DNA of 64,000 bases from Epiperipatus broadwayi (GCA_028023455.1 JAQFVV010000003.1:27466001-27530000); one strand, 5' to 3'. Shown: positions 1 through 13,444, counted from the first letter of the stretch. The notes: generated by a model not told the origin, from the sequence alone. Numbers and translations: made by a program.

Positions 1-1264
1 GTGAGCAATTAGTTTAGAGAGCAATAAATGTATGAAAGATAAATATTGTTGTCAGAAATGGTGAAACCCCATTGACAATAACTACTGCCATTTAATATTT
101 TAAAACAGCTAATAGTTTGTCATAAACTAAGTTTTATTTTCAGTTTACGATTTACTTTACCGTAACATTTGCATACTATATAGTTTGAAATTATTTACAT
201 GCTCTTATTCATACGTATGCGTGTCTGTCTTAAGCAGTTTATTTCATATATAATTAGTCAATATTTAGTTTTTATGACTTTGTTTCTCTCTGTTGGTTTC
301 GGATGTCATATGATAAAGGAATTGAAAGGATTAGGGACCTATCTGTGTGTGTATTTATTTTCCAATGTATAGAATGAAATGTATAAAGTAGCTGTGAGAA
401 AGAAAGTATTAGTGATATGTTCTGTTGATTGGGATTGAGAACTCTCTCCCTTAATATATTTAAGTATTTGCCATGGGTGAAGTATATTTCCAGATTATGT
501 ATTTATGCATTATAAAATATTTTATGAAATGAGTAGTGTATTTCCTTTTATTCTGGTGGTGAGGCCGAGTTCCACACCAACAGTATACCTCAAAGTTAGG
601 TGGAGAGTCATTATTCGTCATTTAGATTTATTAGTCAAGAAGCTTGCTTATTCCTCATGTGCTTAAATATTTTTTTTTTAATATTCTTTTTGTTGTTGTA
701 GAATCATAACTATATGTAATGTAGTTGGTGGTTAAATAAATGGTAAAACTAAATTCTTTATGGAATATTTAAAGCGGAAATGGTGTTATATTTGTTAGTT
801 GGTTTATGGTATTATCCGTATTCTGACACTTATTTAGTAACTCATAAATAAACCAACAAGATGCAAATATATTGATTCTATCTTAATTATAGCATAAGAC
901 TGGGCATACACATAATGCAAATACCCTCGCAAACATGAGAGTATAGTACAATTAAATTTATACATCAGGAATTAAATATTTTAGATTATATCATGTTAAT
1001 TTACCGCGAGCTTTAAATCATCAAATCATGAGAATGATTATTTTTTATTTTGAATGTGTGAAAAGTATAGCTGTTTAAAAGGCTTATTTGATGAATTATT
1101 TAAGGTTACTCTCTTGACAGTCAAAATTATTAATTTGTTTTATCCCAATAAATGATAGTGTGATCTCTCCAACTTGTATATTTGTGCCCATAATAAGATA
1201 TTTATTTATAAATATTATCAAAATCACACTTTATTTTATTTTTGCCGTAATATCCTATAAATAC

Positions 1265-1460
1265 AATTTATCCAAACTGCTTTAAATACTTTTTAGCAAA
1301 ACTCTTTATTTGTACATATACATACACCTATGTTTCGACTGAGCTGAAAGATCAAAATAGACTTGCTCTGAAAAAGACTGCATGTCAATCGAAACAAAGG
1401 TGTATGTATATGTACAAATATAGTTTTGCTAAAAAGTGTTTAAAGCGGTTTAGATAAATT
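1265..1460. repeat. Inverted repeat (~75-bp arms) containing hammerhead-like CTGA..GACTG/CAGTC-GAAAC motifs, Penelope-terminus-like
   Basis: Arm 1265-1340 is the near reverse complement of 1386-1460. Confidence 0.7.
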
Positions 1461-3248
1461 ATATTTATTTACCCAGTGTTGTTTGCTAATAAAAGATGTT
1501 AGAGTTAATTAACTTTCCTAAATATATTCAAAGTTAGAATATTGTGCCAGTCAGATGATGTATGTTGGTTTAACTCAGTTCGAATACTAGGCGAAAGTAC
1601 CTCGAGGCCACCCATACGCGAGATATTAAATCAAGAATACTATGACCTCTGCCCTCTTCACCTATTATCGAGTCTAATTACTAATCAACAACATTATCTG
1701 AGACACGCATAAATTATTTTCTCACACAGCCCAAGCTTAGCATCAGGGAGAGACAATGGACAAAAATACTTGTGGAACTAAGTTAAATGTGCATAACAGA
1801 TAATATGAAATATGTGTTTTGCGTGCCTGGATCATTGGAAAAGTAAAATAATGGATTGAAATAAAATTAGAAAACTTAAGCTTTTAGATTAAATAATATA
1901 TTTTAATAAATGACATTTTAAAATATTAGGAATGTTTTAACTACCTCCGCTATTCCCCGGTTGATTATATAATAAGTAAGGTGACAATAAGGCGGAGTAA
2001 TGACACAATATTGTGCGGTTTAAATCAATATCGTCCCAACTTTAATAAAATTATTAACTTGGAAAGTTTCAAATAAAAAAATTAATTTACACTACAAATA
2101 AAAAAAACCAAGAAAACATTTAAATACATTTTAAAATGAGGAATAGCGAAGGGGGATAATTTTAGTAAGTAAATGATCAACGATAAAAGATAAAATTAAT
2201 GTTAGTCTAATAAAAAACAGTTACATGATAGATATAATGAAATGGAACAATTTAGAAAGGTATTTATGAAAACGGTAGAGTAATAAAGAGTTCATGAGGA
2301 GACTTTTATACAGTTACCAGTCCTTGTTTATGGATCCAGTTCCCTCGACTTGGTGGCTTGATTGAAGATGTTGAGATTTGCCCGGACAAGGAAATGGAAA
2401 TTATGTAGCATTTTAATCGAACGGTCACACAGACATGGCACACAGTTCATGCTTCTATTTTGGCATGTCACGGAATTTTGATGACTTAGGACCTCAGCAG
2501 CAGGCAAAGCTGTTTGCCTAACCGCCAATCATTTTCACGTTCATCAAATTACGATCATTTTTAGCATGTCGCATGTTGAAACTTTTAACAGTGATTTCCA
2601 GGAATTCAGGAACAATATTTTCTGCTCTTAGAAATAAAATATGGCGATTCACCGCACAGGATGAATCAGCAAAAGAAGCAGAGACAGCCCAGTCTTTTGT
2701 TCTCCTCTCCTTTTTATACCTTTTGTCAGCTACTCTTCTATTGTTTGCGTATGATTTTAGATCTTAATAAGCCTCTAAATTCCTTTGTTTCGAAGTAAGC
2801 TTTTACTAAAAATAAACTTTCAATTTCTTTTTATCAAATTGTGCATTTAAGTTTGAATTTTATTTAATTAAAAGGCCATCTTTAATTGCCTTGAATGGAC
2901 TAAGTAATTAAACATACCATTCCTTTAGAAATGTTGGCAGGCTTATCTTAAAATAAAATCATATGCCATATTTTAATAGAATTTAAATGACAAAATTAAA
3001 AGAAAAATATCTTATTTCTTTTTAAGAAAATAACCTTTTATTTCAACAGAATTTTGCATTAACTCATATATATATACACTTGACGTATATATATGTTTGA
3101 TAAATAGGTTTTACAAGTAATTTTTTTATAGCAATTTAATCTTAACGAAATTTATTTAAAGAGAAATATTTAAATGCAAATACAAATTTAAACACCGTTA
3201 AGTAAGACAAAATGAACTAATTAATTTTAGCTTTAATGCAAAATCCTG

Positions 3249-3748
3249 NNNNNNNNNNNNNNNNNNNNNNNNNNNNNNNNNNNNNNNNNNNNNNNNNNNN
3301 NNNNNNNNNNNNNNNNNNNNNNNNNNNNNNNNNNNNNNNNNNNNNNNNNNNNNNNNNNNNNNNNNNNNNNNNNNNNNNNNNNNNNNNNNNNNNNNNNNNN
3401 NNNNNNNNNNNNNNNNNNNNNNNNNNNNNNNNNNNNNNNNNNNNNNNNNNNNNNNNNNNNNNNNNNNNNNNNNNNNNNNNNNNNNNNNNNNNNNNNNNNN
3501 NNNNNNNNNNNNNNNNNNNNNNNNNNNNNNNNNNNNNNNNNNNNNNNNNNNNNNNNNNNNNNNNNNNNNNNNNNNNNNNNNNNNNNNNNNNNNNNNNNNN
3601 NNNNNNNNNNNNNNNNNNNNNNNNNNNNNNNNNNNNNNNNNNNNNNNNNNNNNNNNNNNNNNNNNNNNNNNNNNNNNNNNNNNNNNNNNNNNNNNNNNNN
3701 NNNNNNNNNNNNNNNNNNNNNNNNNNNNNNNNNNNNNNNNNNNNNNNN
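3249..3748. other. Assembly gap (500 N)
   Basis: Run of N; the ORF-track entries spanning it are artefacts. Confidence 0.99.
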
Positions 3749-6700
3749 GAAAAGCAACCTTTATTAAACAAATGAATCAAGTGTTGGAACTTATTAGTAA
3801 AATAAATAATTGAAGTAATTGTTCCAACATACTTGTATATATTTTTCATTTTTTTAATTACTTCTCTAAAAACTAATTTTATTCCATAAGCAAAGAATGT
3901 TAATTGCTTTTGCAAAAATCTGACCAAAAGCAAAATGTTTGATAATGCTATAATTAAAATGTTATCTTTTTTTTTTTTTTTTTTATAAAATAGAAATTCT
4001 TTTGAATTGAATAGCTGTAATCAAGTGGTCTGAGTAATCAAGATGGAAACTAGTCATTGTATCAAACCTAAAATGTAAAATTTAATCGAAAAAATAGAAA
4101 GAAATGTTATAATCTAAGTGATAGGGTATATTAAAAGGATTGGCTAATTCATACTTCTCAGCAGGCTATCCAAATTGGTTCTTATGAGTGGTTTTGATAA
4201 GTTTTAGTCAGTGTTGTGGAATTTTATTCTCTTTCTTGGGCATTCAAGTAGTTCACTACTTTGGTTCCAGAAGTCTCCAATCCACCAGCTACTTAGAGAT
4301 TAATTTATGGTCAAGACTACTGCTGACATTTTTAAAGAAATTCATTATACAGTTCTTTTAAGAACTAATGATTTATTAAGGATTTAATGAACCAGTCAAG
4401 ATAGAAAATGAACATTTAATAAAAATTATTATCATATACAAACAGAGGAAAATATAAAGCAATCTACAAGAGAGTCCAGTAAAATGACTGTGGGTAGACA
4501 AACAGCTGGTGCACCGCTCTTTATCTGTCCCAAGCTGTCAAGATGTGATCATGCCAATTCCAGCTGCCCACAATGATGACAAATGCCACCTTGCCTATGC
4601 CTGAATGAAATGTAATCATCACCACACAGCCAGTTGACTTGAAGCCACTCAGAGCCCAGAGAAAAAAAATGAAGATGCCTACATAAGTTTATTTTACAAA
4701 TATTTTATTAATATTCAACTAATTAACTATGATATTTCCGATTAAATATATTATTACTTTTTTATTATTATTAATCATTTAAAAAAACGAGAGAGGGGGA
4801 ATTGTCTCTAGCATATATATATATATTGAATTTATGGTTATTGCAGGCATAATGATACAGCTTTTACTTAAATCTGTTAATTCATGTTTACTATTTAAAA
4901 TTCTAGTATTTTCAGCAAGGGTTGCAATTAGATTCTTTTTTGTTGCTATTTGTTTTTCCTCTTGTTACTCCTGAAATTTGTCATACATAAATATACATGT
5001 GTATATATGCGCACATACACTTGTAATATTCGGCAAATACGATATCTCATGTTGAATATCTAAAAATGTATTTAACTGTAAACCCTTTTTAAGTTATTTT
5101 TTTTCACTGCTGTATCTTATGATGAGTGCAAAAGAGGTTTACTCATTGTAAATTCCCCATAAGCAAGTTCACTAATAACTTTATATTTAGAATAGTAGTA
5201 AGTGTATAATTGTGCTGCATGTATATACCTGTATAAGAATTTATCATAACAGGCAAATAGATACAGTACCTCATGTTGAGTACTATATGGTATCTGAACT
5301 AACGCAACCTTATTGACATGTTGAAAAATATAAAATTAGTGAAACATTTCATAGTGTAAATATACATATGCCTGTATAACCGAAAATCTTTTATAATGTT
5401 ATATATATAAATATCACATCACACTAAACAACGTATTTCTACAGGAAAAGCTCAGACCACTTCCATTCTTTATGAAATATTGTAAATAGCTTTAGGGATT
5501 TATTATTTTTCTCATTTAAAATTGTATTTTATCTATTTCAATGCCTTGAATATATATATGGGTTTGTGATAATTAATTATTTGGTATTTTTTATTTTATT
5601 ATATCATCATTAGTATGAAACAGTGGTGGGTATTTGAAATTAAATAAATATTTAATTATAATATTAAACTTGTTTCATTTTGTATTACTATTTATTTGAT
5701 AAAAATGTATTCTTTTTTTATCAACCACATTCCTGTAATAAATCCATTTAACTGACCCATTGAAGACCCTAGATGTAGAGTACTGAGCTAGTCACATGGG
5801 ATATCACTCTATCGGGTGTTAAATCTTAATCTTATGCTCTGCTGAACATATGGTATTGCACATCCTTCTAGGAGGGGGAAAATTCATCTTTTATTCTTTT
5901 CTAGAAGTGGCACACAAAAGCTATCTGTAAATAGACTTTTCAAAGGTGTGTACTTACCATAGGGAAATATTCAGGCATTTGAGTAAGATATCAACAAAAA
6001 GGAGGTTTTTCATTGGCAGAGTCCTGTCAATTTACTCTTTCTATCAGTTTAGTTGGAAGTATCAATATATATGAGTACCTGCATTTTTTATATGTTTAAT
6101 AATAGTGAAATCAGACAACTTTTAAATTATTTTACAGTGACAATTTTGTTCAGTGTATTGTTTTTCAAAGACTGAAAAAAAAAAAGAAACTGATTAATGA
6201 ATATTTTATTAACAAAGCATCTGTTTTTTTTTTTCAGGAATCGTGATAGAATTTGTATAAAATAATAATTGTCAAATTTCACAATTTGTTAAAACTTTTG
6301 TTTGGTGTTTAATATTTTTTTTTCTATCCTAATGAAGAACAATAGTAATATGAAATCTAATTAGATTATAAGTGTAGCTTTATATAATTTTTATAAATGC
6401 ACATAAAAATATTGTAATATATAACAACTATATTTATTATTCATTTCAGTGCCATACATGTGAACGTTTCCAACTACTTGAAATATTTATTTGATGGCCC
6501 AATAGGAGTTTGTAATATTCAAAATATATTTAGTATTTTAGAGAATGATAATTGTATTTATTTAATGCAAATATTAAGTAGCAAACATATAATCAGAGGT
6601 CATGTGGTTTCATTGATGTAATGATATTATGCTTGTAAAATTGGAATTTTTTTCTACTTTAAATGAGTTTTAAAATATCTGATCAAGCATCAAACCATAC

Positions 6701-7695
6701 AATTTTTTGAAAACAATAAAAAAAAAAAAAAAACAATTTAAATTATCACATCAAACTAAAATAAATTTAAAACTGGAATAAATTCAATTTTAAAATAATA
6801 TGTAAGCAAAACAACTTTAAATATTAATTTCATACAACTGTTATTTTGTACAAAAAATAACAATAAATTTTATTTAAAAAATAATAGATTATAATGAAAA
6901 CAAACAAATCTACAAGGGCTAAGAAAATAATGCATGAAATTGTTTGCTCTCTAGTTCAGTGGTACTGAATACCATAAGAAATTTTTATTACATAGAATAT
7001 AAAAAAAATATATATATTTTGTCTTTCATTCAAGCTCATATGAACAAGAAATAAAAAGAAAATATCCACATGCTGTATTAATTAACATAGTGTTATATGA
7101 AGTATAAGTTTAGCAGAAATAGAACTTATTGTAAATGATAGATCTCAATTACATGATCATGCACTTCTGAAAAAAATATTACTTATTTTTATTTTAAATA
7201 AATTTGATAAATTTTAGTTAAATTATATTGTATTCTGACTAAGCATATTAGATTCAATCATATTGCATAAAAAAATAATAGATTTCTTTGAGGCAGTTAA
7301 GTGAATACCAAAATAAACAGTAAGTACTCAAGTTTCAGCATTGTTATTTATCTGCAAAAATGGAGGCAGTATAAACAGACATGGTCCTACAAGAATAAGC
7401 TAAGAATAAACATCTTATTAGCATTGCATAGCAAATATTCTGTTCGATCGTAAGACTACTAGAATTGTGTTTCCAAAATTTTTTGATTATGTAGTTCATT
7501 TTTTGCTTCTGTCTAAATAAATTTTTAAAATCATTTGATTAACACTGGAGATGCATGCATCCAAGGTTAGAAAATGTTTTAGTTATGATTGACAATAATA
7601 TACATATCCTAAATATATACATTTTAAAACATAGTTACTTAAGTTTAACTGCTAAAAAAGATTTACTGTATTTTAATAATGATAAATAAACTTAC

Positions 7696-7790
7696 CCCAA
7701 CTGCTAAATCAAATGATGTATAAGCTGCATTTTTCAAACATGTTAAAACCACTTTATCCCCCGATAATGAAGCTGAGGCCAAAAACTGAG
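7696..7790 (-). CDS. NEDD1: NEDD1 second coding exon, (T)QFLASASLSGDKVVLTCLKNAAYTSFDLAVG
   Basis: Matches NEDD1 FLVTASSSGDKIVVS...LELAEG. 95 nt, in frame with exon 1 through the AC acceptor, and ends at a GTAAGT donor. Confidence 0.88.
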
Positions 7791-10459
7791 GTGTCAAAGT
7801 TAAGAAAAAACATACATATATATTATCAATATTTCTGAAAAAAAAAACTGCAATTACTAAGAAATTTCTTTTACCAATTCATTAATCTTGATATATCTTC
7901 ATATAAGATCAAATCAATCATTTCCAAGATAAAAACTTCTGCTTCTACACAACTTCAAAATCTGTGACTTTCCCCCCCCCCCCCTTTGTTGATCTTTTAG
8001 AAAGTCAAAAAAAAAAAAAAGCAAATCTAAAAATCTTGTTTAAATATATTTTATTTTGTAACAAACTATAGAAAGTAATCATCCTCATAAGCGCTGTTAA
8101 ACAGTGACATTCAATCTGCAAGGATACTCTCACACCACGCTTGTGAGGAAAAAATGATTACTTTCTATAGTGTTACAATCTAAAACATATTGCTTGTAAA
8201 ATTTATCAAATATTATGTTATGCACCTTATTTTCAAAATGAACTGTTATCAAAAAAAAAAAAAGATTGAAGCAGACCAATTTGATGAATGACTTTAAATT
8301 ATAGGAATAAAACTAATTTATATAAAAAAAGTAAAGGCAAATTATGCCAATAAAAACGTTAAAACCTTGTTAATTCTATACTCTTAAGAGCAATAAAAGT
8401 TTATTTTATTCTGGAGCAATCTTACAATAGGCAGGCTCTGGAATAGAATAGAATGAAATTATTACTCCTAAAAATATACATTAAATGTAAGTTTAAAAAG
8501 TCATTTTATTTTGTTGGTACAAATTTTATCAACCATTTAACAAATTCAATCCATTAATTTTCAAAAAAAAAAAACTGCCTTATTATTACTATTAATTAGG
8601 AAGGTTTGATCACATTGAATGAAACATATCCATTCAATGTTTTGATTAATTATTGTACATAGAGCTAAATGAAAAGCAATTTATATGATAATCAGATGAT
8701 TATATAAATTTATTGATAAAAGTTTTGATTTCTATTCATCCTACTGCTATATTAATAGTTGAATAGGAGCTAATTAAAAAAATGGTTTAATCATCTGGAC
8801 TAGCTACTTTTTAAAAACAAAACTTCTGGAAAATAGTTTGGAAGATTAAGCAATGTTCAAATACCAAAGTAGTGTAGGGAAATCCATTCAAATGTGCTTT
8901 TTCCCCTTCAATCAAAATTCATTCAGGTAACTTTTCCCTAACATTTAGTCATTAATATCACTGGATTAACAGAGTTGGTCAGGACATTTTTAAAATAACT
9001 ATATAATATACATTATCTATGATACATAATGTGATGCTTTAAAATAAAACTTTTAAATCATTGATAATTTTTTTTAGACCAAATGAATTACTCGATAATA
9101 ATAATATAAAGCAATATAAGAAAGATTGGTAAAAATTTGCAATAAAGATATTTAAAACTTAATGTTTAGTCAAACCTTTTGTGGAAATATTATAAATATT
9201 CATATTGCTGTAAAGAACTATAATACTCAAAACACATGTGGTATGGCAATAATTCTATTCAGATTTTTATTTAACTCTGGTTTGAATTTCTGCTACTACA
9301 TCATTGGGCATTATGATTTTTTTTTTTTTTTTTACAAAATATAGTTATTTCATTAAATTTAACATACACATGACTATTTCTTATGCTTACACAAACTATT
9401 AACAAAATAACAATTTTCTTCATAAAATATTGCCACTAAATATCTAATAGTATGATTTGCATTAGGTGGGAATATTGTACGGAGAAAGTTGCTATAGTAT
9501 AGATTTAACATACAAATGTACCATGGTTTAGTGAGATGTTTAGACTCTGGGGCTAAAGATCCATGGATTGCCGCTCAACTGTTATTTCCTGCGCTCAAAC
9601 TTCTGAATTTCCGAATAATTGAACGGTTATTTATTATACACAAATTTCAATTGCTTCTCTAAGCAATACTCTTATTTAACTAAATGCCAAATTAAATAAT
9701 TGTTTGCACAATCTTTTTATTTACACAGAGGCTAAATTCTCCATACAGTAGCGTAAGCATAAAGAATGGTGATCATGTGAAATCTTTTTAGTAATTTATT
9801 TTAACATAAACAATGGATTGGTCTTCGTAACCAATTAGCTAAACCTTTACCAACCGTATCAGTCATACTCGCTAAAAATAACGGTAACAATATATATTTA
9901 AATGAAATATTAAAACTATCTTTCCTATTGTAAAAGTATTAAAGATGATATTATATTTAAATGTTTTGCTAAATTCGATACAATCCTGCTTTTTTCTTTT
10001 TAAACACACAATATCAGACATACAGTTGTGGAATAATTTGTCAATATATATTAAATTTCAGTTCTTAAAAAGAAATTTCATAAATGGTTACTTCTACATT
10101 TGCCTTAATTAGCCCCCTCCAATTTAAAAAATATACTTTAGTTAACATAGTTGCAGTCACTTGGGATGAAACTTCAATTATTAAAAATGCAAACCTTACA
10201 AAATAAAAAACCATAATTTGAAATACATTTATTTAAATTATCGATACCGAATGATTAATAATGCAAATAAGTAAAAAAAAAACTTTTTTTCCCTCAAATA
10301 TATATTAAAATTGGTTTAATGCTTTAAATCAGAATTACTAATATAAGTAAAATATTTTAAGCAGCAAAGTAAAAGCAGTTTAAATTATAAAATTCTCGAT
10401 TTTATACCTACATAATTTCCTAAAATATATGTTGTTTTACTATCATTGATAAAGGATAT
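7791..10459 (-). other. U12-type (minor spliceosome) AT-AC intron of NEDD1
   Basis: 5' site ATATCCTTT, branch site TTCTTAAC (7799-7806) about 8 nt before the terminal AC; this splice keeps the NEDD1 reading frame. Confidence 0.85.
8056..8178. repeat. Short foldback / MITE-like inverted repeat
   Basis: ctatagaaagtaatcat ... atgattactttctatag; ~40-bp imperfect arms. Confidence 0.65.
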
Positions 10460-10586
10460 TATCCTTACTCCAAGAAACCGATGACAAATTCACAGAATGC
10501 GGATTGAATTGATGTAGTAATGTATAACCAGGAGGTCCCCAAATCTTGATATCATCTCCAGCAGAAACTAATTTGAAGTCTTCCAT
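10460..10586 (-). CDS. NEDD1: NEDD1 (GCP-WD) first coding exon, MEDFKLVSAGDDIKIWGPPGYTLLHQFNPHSVNLSSVSWSKD
   Basis: Manual translation matches the NEDD1 N-terminus as recalled (human LRFASSGDDIKIWD...FNPH...SSICWS). 127 nt, ends in phase 1 at an ATATCCTTT donor. An upstream ttacag acceptor near 10605 suggests a 5'UTR exon. Confidence 0.9.
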
Positions 10587-10984
10587 AATTTTCTAAATAT
10601 GTATCTGTAACGTTACGAATAAAGATTAGTCACTGTTAAATAAATTCCATAATTTTATTTAATGTTACATTATCAAATTTGCTATGGGCTTATTATAAAT
10701 ATGCAAAGTTTGATCAGATAAATATCTAATTAATATTCAACGTTATGTAAAGTTTTTAAAAGTTTATTTTTTAAAAATAAAAATCATAATACTGATTTTA
10801 ATATAACAAACGATCTAAATAATTTTTACTAAAAAAGATTCCAATAACCATTTTTTCAGTTATTAAATGAAGCACATAATATTGTAATCAATGTGCATAT
10901 CTGAACACTTTAAAATAATTTTGCCCGCCATATCGCCATTAGTGATCAATTCGAGGCAGAAAAACCACAATTCTTAGCTTAAAA
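10587..10984. promoter_or_regulatory. Bidirectional promoter / 5'UTR region between NEDD1 (-) and the MBD gene (+)
   Basis: Divergent ATGs at 10586 and 10985; local CpG cluster at about 10920-11000; AAAATGGCG (YY1-like/Kozak-type) motif at the plus-strand start. Confidence 0.65.
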
Positions 10985-11010
10985 ATGGCGGACGGAGACA
11001 GAGAGTTAAG
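10985..11010 (+). CDS. MBD4/MeCP2-like gene, coding exon 1 (MADGDREL, phase 2)
   Basis: aaaaATGGCG start and AG|gtaaaa donor; the phase-2 end joins in frame to the exon at 24818. Linkage across the 13.8-kb intron is inferred. Confidence 0.7.
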
Positions 11011-11999
11011 GTAAAATTATTAATAATAGTTCTTTATTTATAGTGATCACTATAATATTTTTATTCTTCATATTTTAACTCGAAACGATCAGATGTTTTA
11101 TTTTAAGTTTTATTTTGTGATTTTTAAAAAAATGGAATTATTTAAATAAATAATATTTTCAATACGTCATGACTTAAGTATTTGATAAGTTTATGCGATA
11201 ATATTACGGTATTATTGTTTACATTTATTTATTATGAAACTCACAATATATTCACAGCAATTGTATAATGGCAATTAAGACATATATTTAATACAACTGG
11301 TAAAATAAAAGTCGATCCAATACATACAGACGATTATCACCATCTTCAATATTTTGTAGTCAATTAGAAAGTACTGTATCAATTTTTATTGATTGTAAAA
11401 TGAAATTTTTTTTATATTGTGACAGTTTTGATATTCACTGTTACGGTTACTGTCCAAAGTATATAATTTTCTTAACAATTTGTAGAAAAATGCATAAAGT
11501 TTCTAAATACATTTGTTATAAATATTTACAATAAAATTATTATTTTTAATTATCTAAAGAAATATAGTATGTGCAAGCGGAGATTTTAAATCTTATTTTT
11601 CATTCCTTTGAATGCTATGCAGATTATCTTTTTTTAATTTATTCTAAGTATATGCAATAATTATCCTCTTGCATTTCTATTTTTAGAATGGACTGAAAAT
11701 ATTTTAATGAATGAAATTGTAAATTATGACAAACAGTTTTACGTATATAATTATTTGTAATGTGGAAATTAAGAATCAATTATTAATGCTTAAAATAGGA
11801 AATCGTTATATTTTAAATCACATTGTAACGATACCGTTATTAATATAATCATAATGTTCGCAACATTATCCCTCCACTTATTAACTTATAATCATAGGTT
11901 CGGTTTGCAAAATTCGTTGATCTTTATCTTAGACCATCAATGATATTGTATCTCTACTGTATTTATCGTGAAAGGGTCCATACAGTCTGATTAAAATTA

Positions 12000-12560
12000 C
12001 TTATGTTCTTTATGTATTTTAAAATTAATTACTATTTTACGGGTTCACATTTACTTCCATAAATATTAACGAAAAACTTAAAATGTTAGTTCTAGACACC
12101 AAATTGGCAAATCTGGTCTACGTAATAGCTTCATACACATTTTGTATGAGACGAGATGTGAATGTGCCAGTAATATTTTTTTGGTAATATTTAATTGTAT
12201 ATTCAGAAATTTAATAACACTTTTTCTCAGACCCTATCACAGTATATACTAGTAGAATACGTGAATTCTAATGAAGCTGCAATGCAAATACAACCCCGAA
12301 TAATGTCAGCCAACTTTTCAAGTAATTTATTCCTAGAAATTACTTTAAAGCTAATATTTGGTAGGTAAGGAAAATAGATTAGTCCAAGTTCTTCCTAAAT
12401 AGAATGAGATATAATTGCAATTCAATCTATTGGTTATATTCGGATTATGAGACTTGTTTCCTTTTTATTTAGAACATTGGCAGCTAATGTTTTATAATCC
12501 ATGCACTAATTTTTTTCTACCATACACCTTTTGCACCACTATTTAATTTTAAATCATTTC
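12000..12560 (-). mobile_element. Degraded LINE reverse-transcriptase remnant (boundaries approximate)
   Basis: Minus-strand KVISRNKLLEKLADIIRG...EFTYS resembles the RT segment FDSV.R.KLW.KL...GI.G; stops nearby. Confidence 0.35.
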
Positions 12561-12774
12561 ACAATAGGCATAACTTAAATAAACCAATAGAATATCAAGT
12601 CAGTTGTTAAGACAACCTCAGTAGATAAAAATTGGATTCTACTTTTTATCTTGATTTAAGATATTTAAATAGACAATGAGTGAAAGCACCTGACAGAAAA
12701 CGATTGAGATTAAATTTGACCATGTTGTTCTAAATAAATCATATTCGACAAGAAACTAACAAAGGTACATACAC

Positions 12775-12999
12775 ATTAGACCTACTGGCTATGTTTGCAA
12801 CAGTAGAAGGCCGATGTTTCTCCAGGGAGGGGGTTGCAACGGCAGAAAGCCATATTAAAAAGTTAAATTTTTAACAATGTAAAGAGTATAAATTTGTACA
12901 CAAAAATAATAAACACATTATGATAATAAATAAAAACGGGTAGTTGTGCCTTTTTTAATGCAGCATTCTGCCTTTGCAAATCCGGGCAGCAGGTCTAAT
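12775..12999. mobile_element. MITE with ~33-bp imperfect TIRs (ATTAGACCT...AGGTCTAAT)
   Basis: attagacctactggctatgtttgcaacagtagaa versus the reverse complement of ttctgcctttgcaaatccgggcagcaggtctaat; no clear TSD. Confidence 0.6.
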
Positions 13000-13444
13000 A
13001 CCTAAGTACCCAAATAAGCTATTTGAATAATTTTTCCAACTTTAAACAAACTATTACTTAATACTTAAGATATAATAATCCTAAAAAACAATGGTTAATT
13101 GGTTTACAAATATAAATCACATTACAACAGCCAAAGCTTAAATAAACTAACTGAATATCAATAATCTGCTGTCAAGACAATCTTAATGCAAAGGAATCTA
13201 AGATCCTTAAATAGACTATGCAAGACAACTGAAACAGATTGAGACTAAATAATTATTTTTATAAACTTTCAAATAAAGCACTATTCAATACTTTACATTT
13301 GTAAACTAGTTAGCTATTAGCATTTATAGATTAATATATCTAAAGTACTAAATAATAGTTTGAAGGTTTGTGAAAATGTTTATGTATTAATCGTACCGGT
13401 CAAAACATGTTTATCCATCTAACATGAGCAGGAACTCACAAAAT

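Noticed and set aside
3217-3933. Three long ORFs in the track
   Set aside because: Artefacts of the N run.
10466-10471. GT donor (GTAAGG) after ...SW in NEDD1 exon 1
   Set aside because: The AT-AC junction has full U12 consensus signals and restores better alignment to NEDD1.
10460-10586. Idea that the WD40 partner is IFT122, which is head-to-head with human MBD4
   Set aside because: The N-terminal sequence (SAGDDIKIW...FNPH) matches NEDD1, not IFT122.
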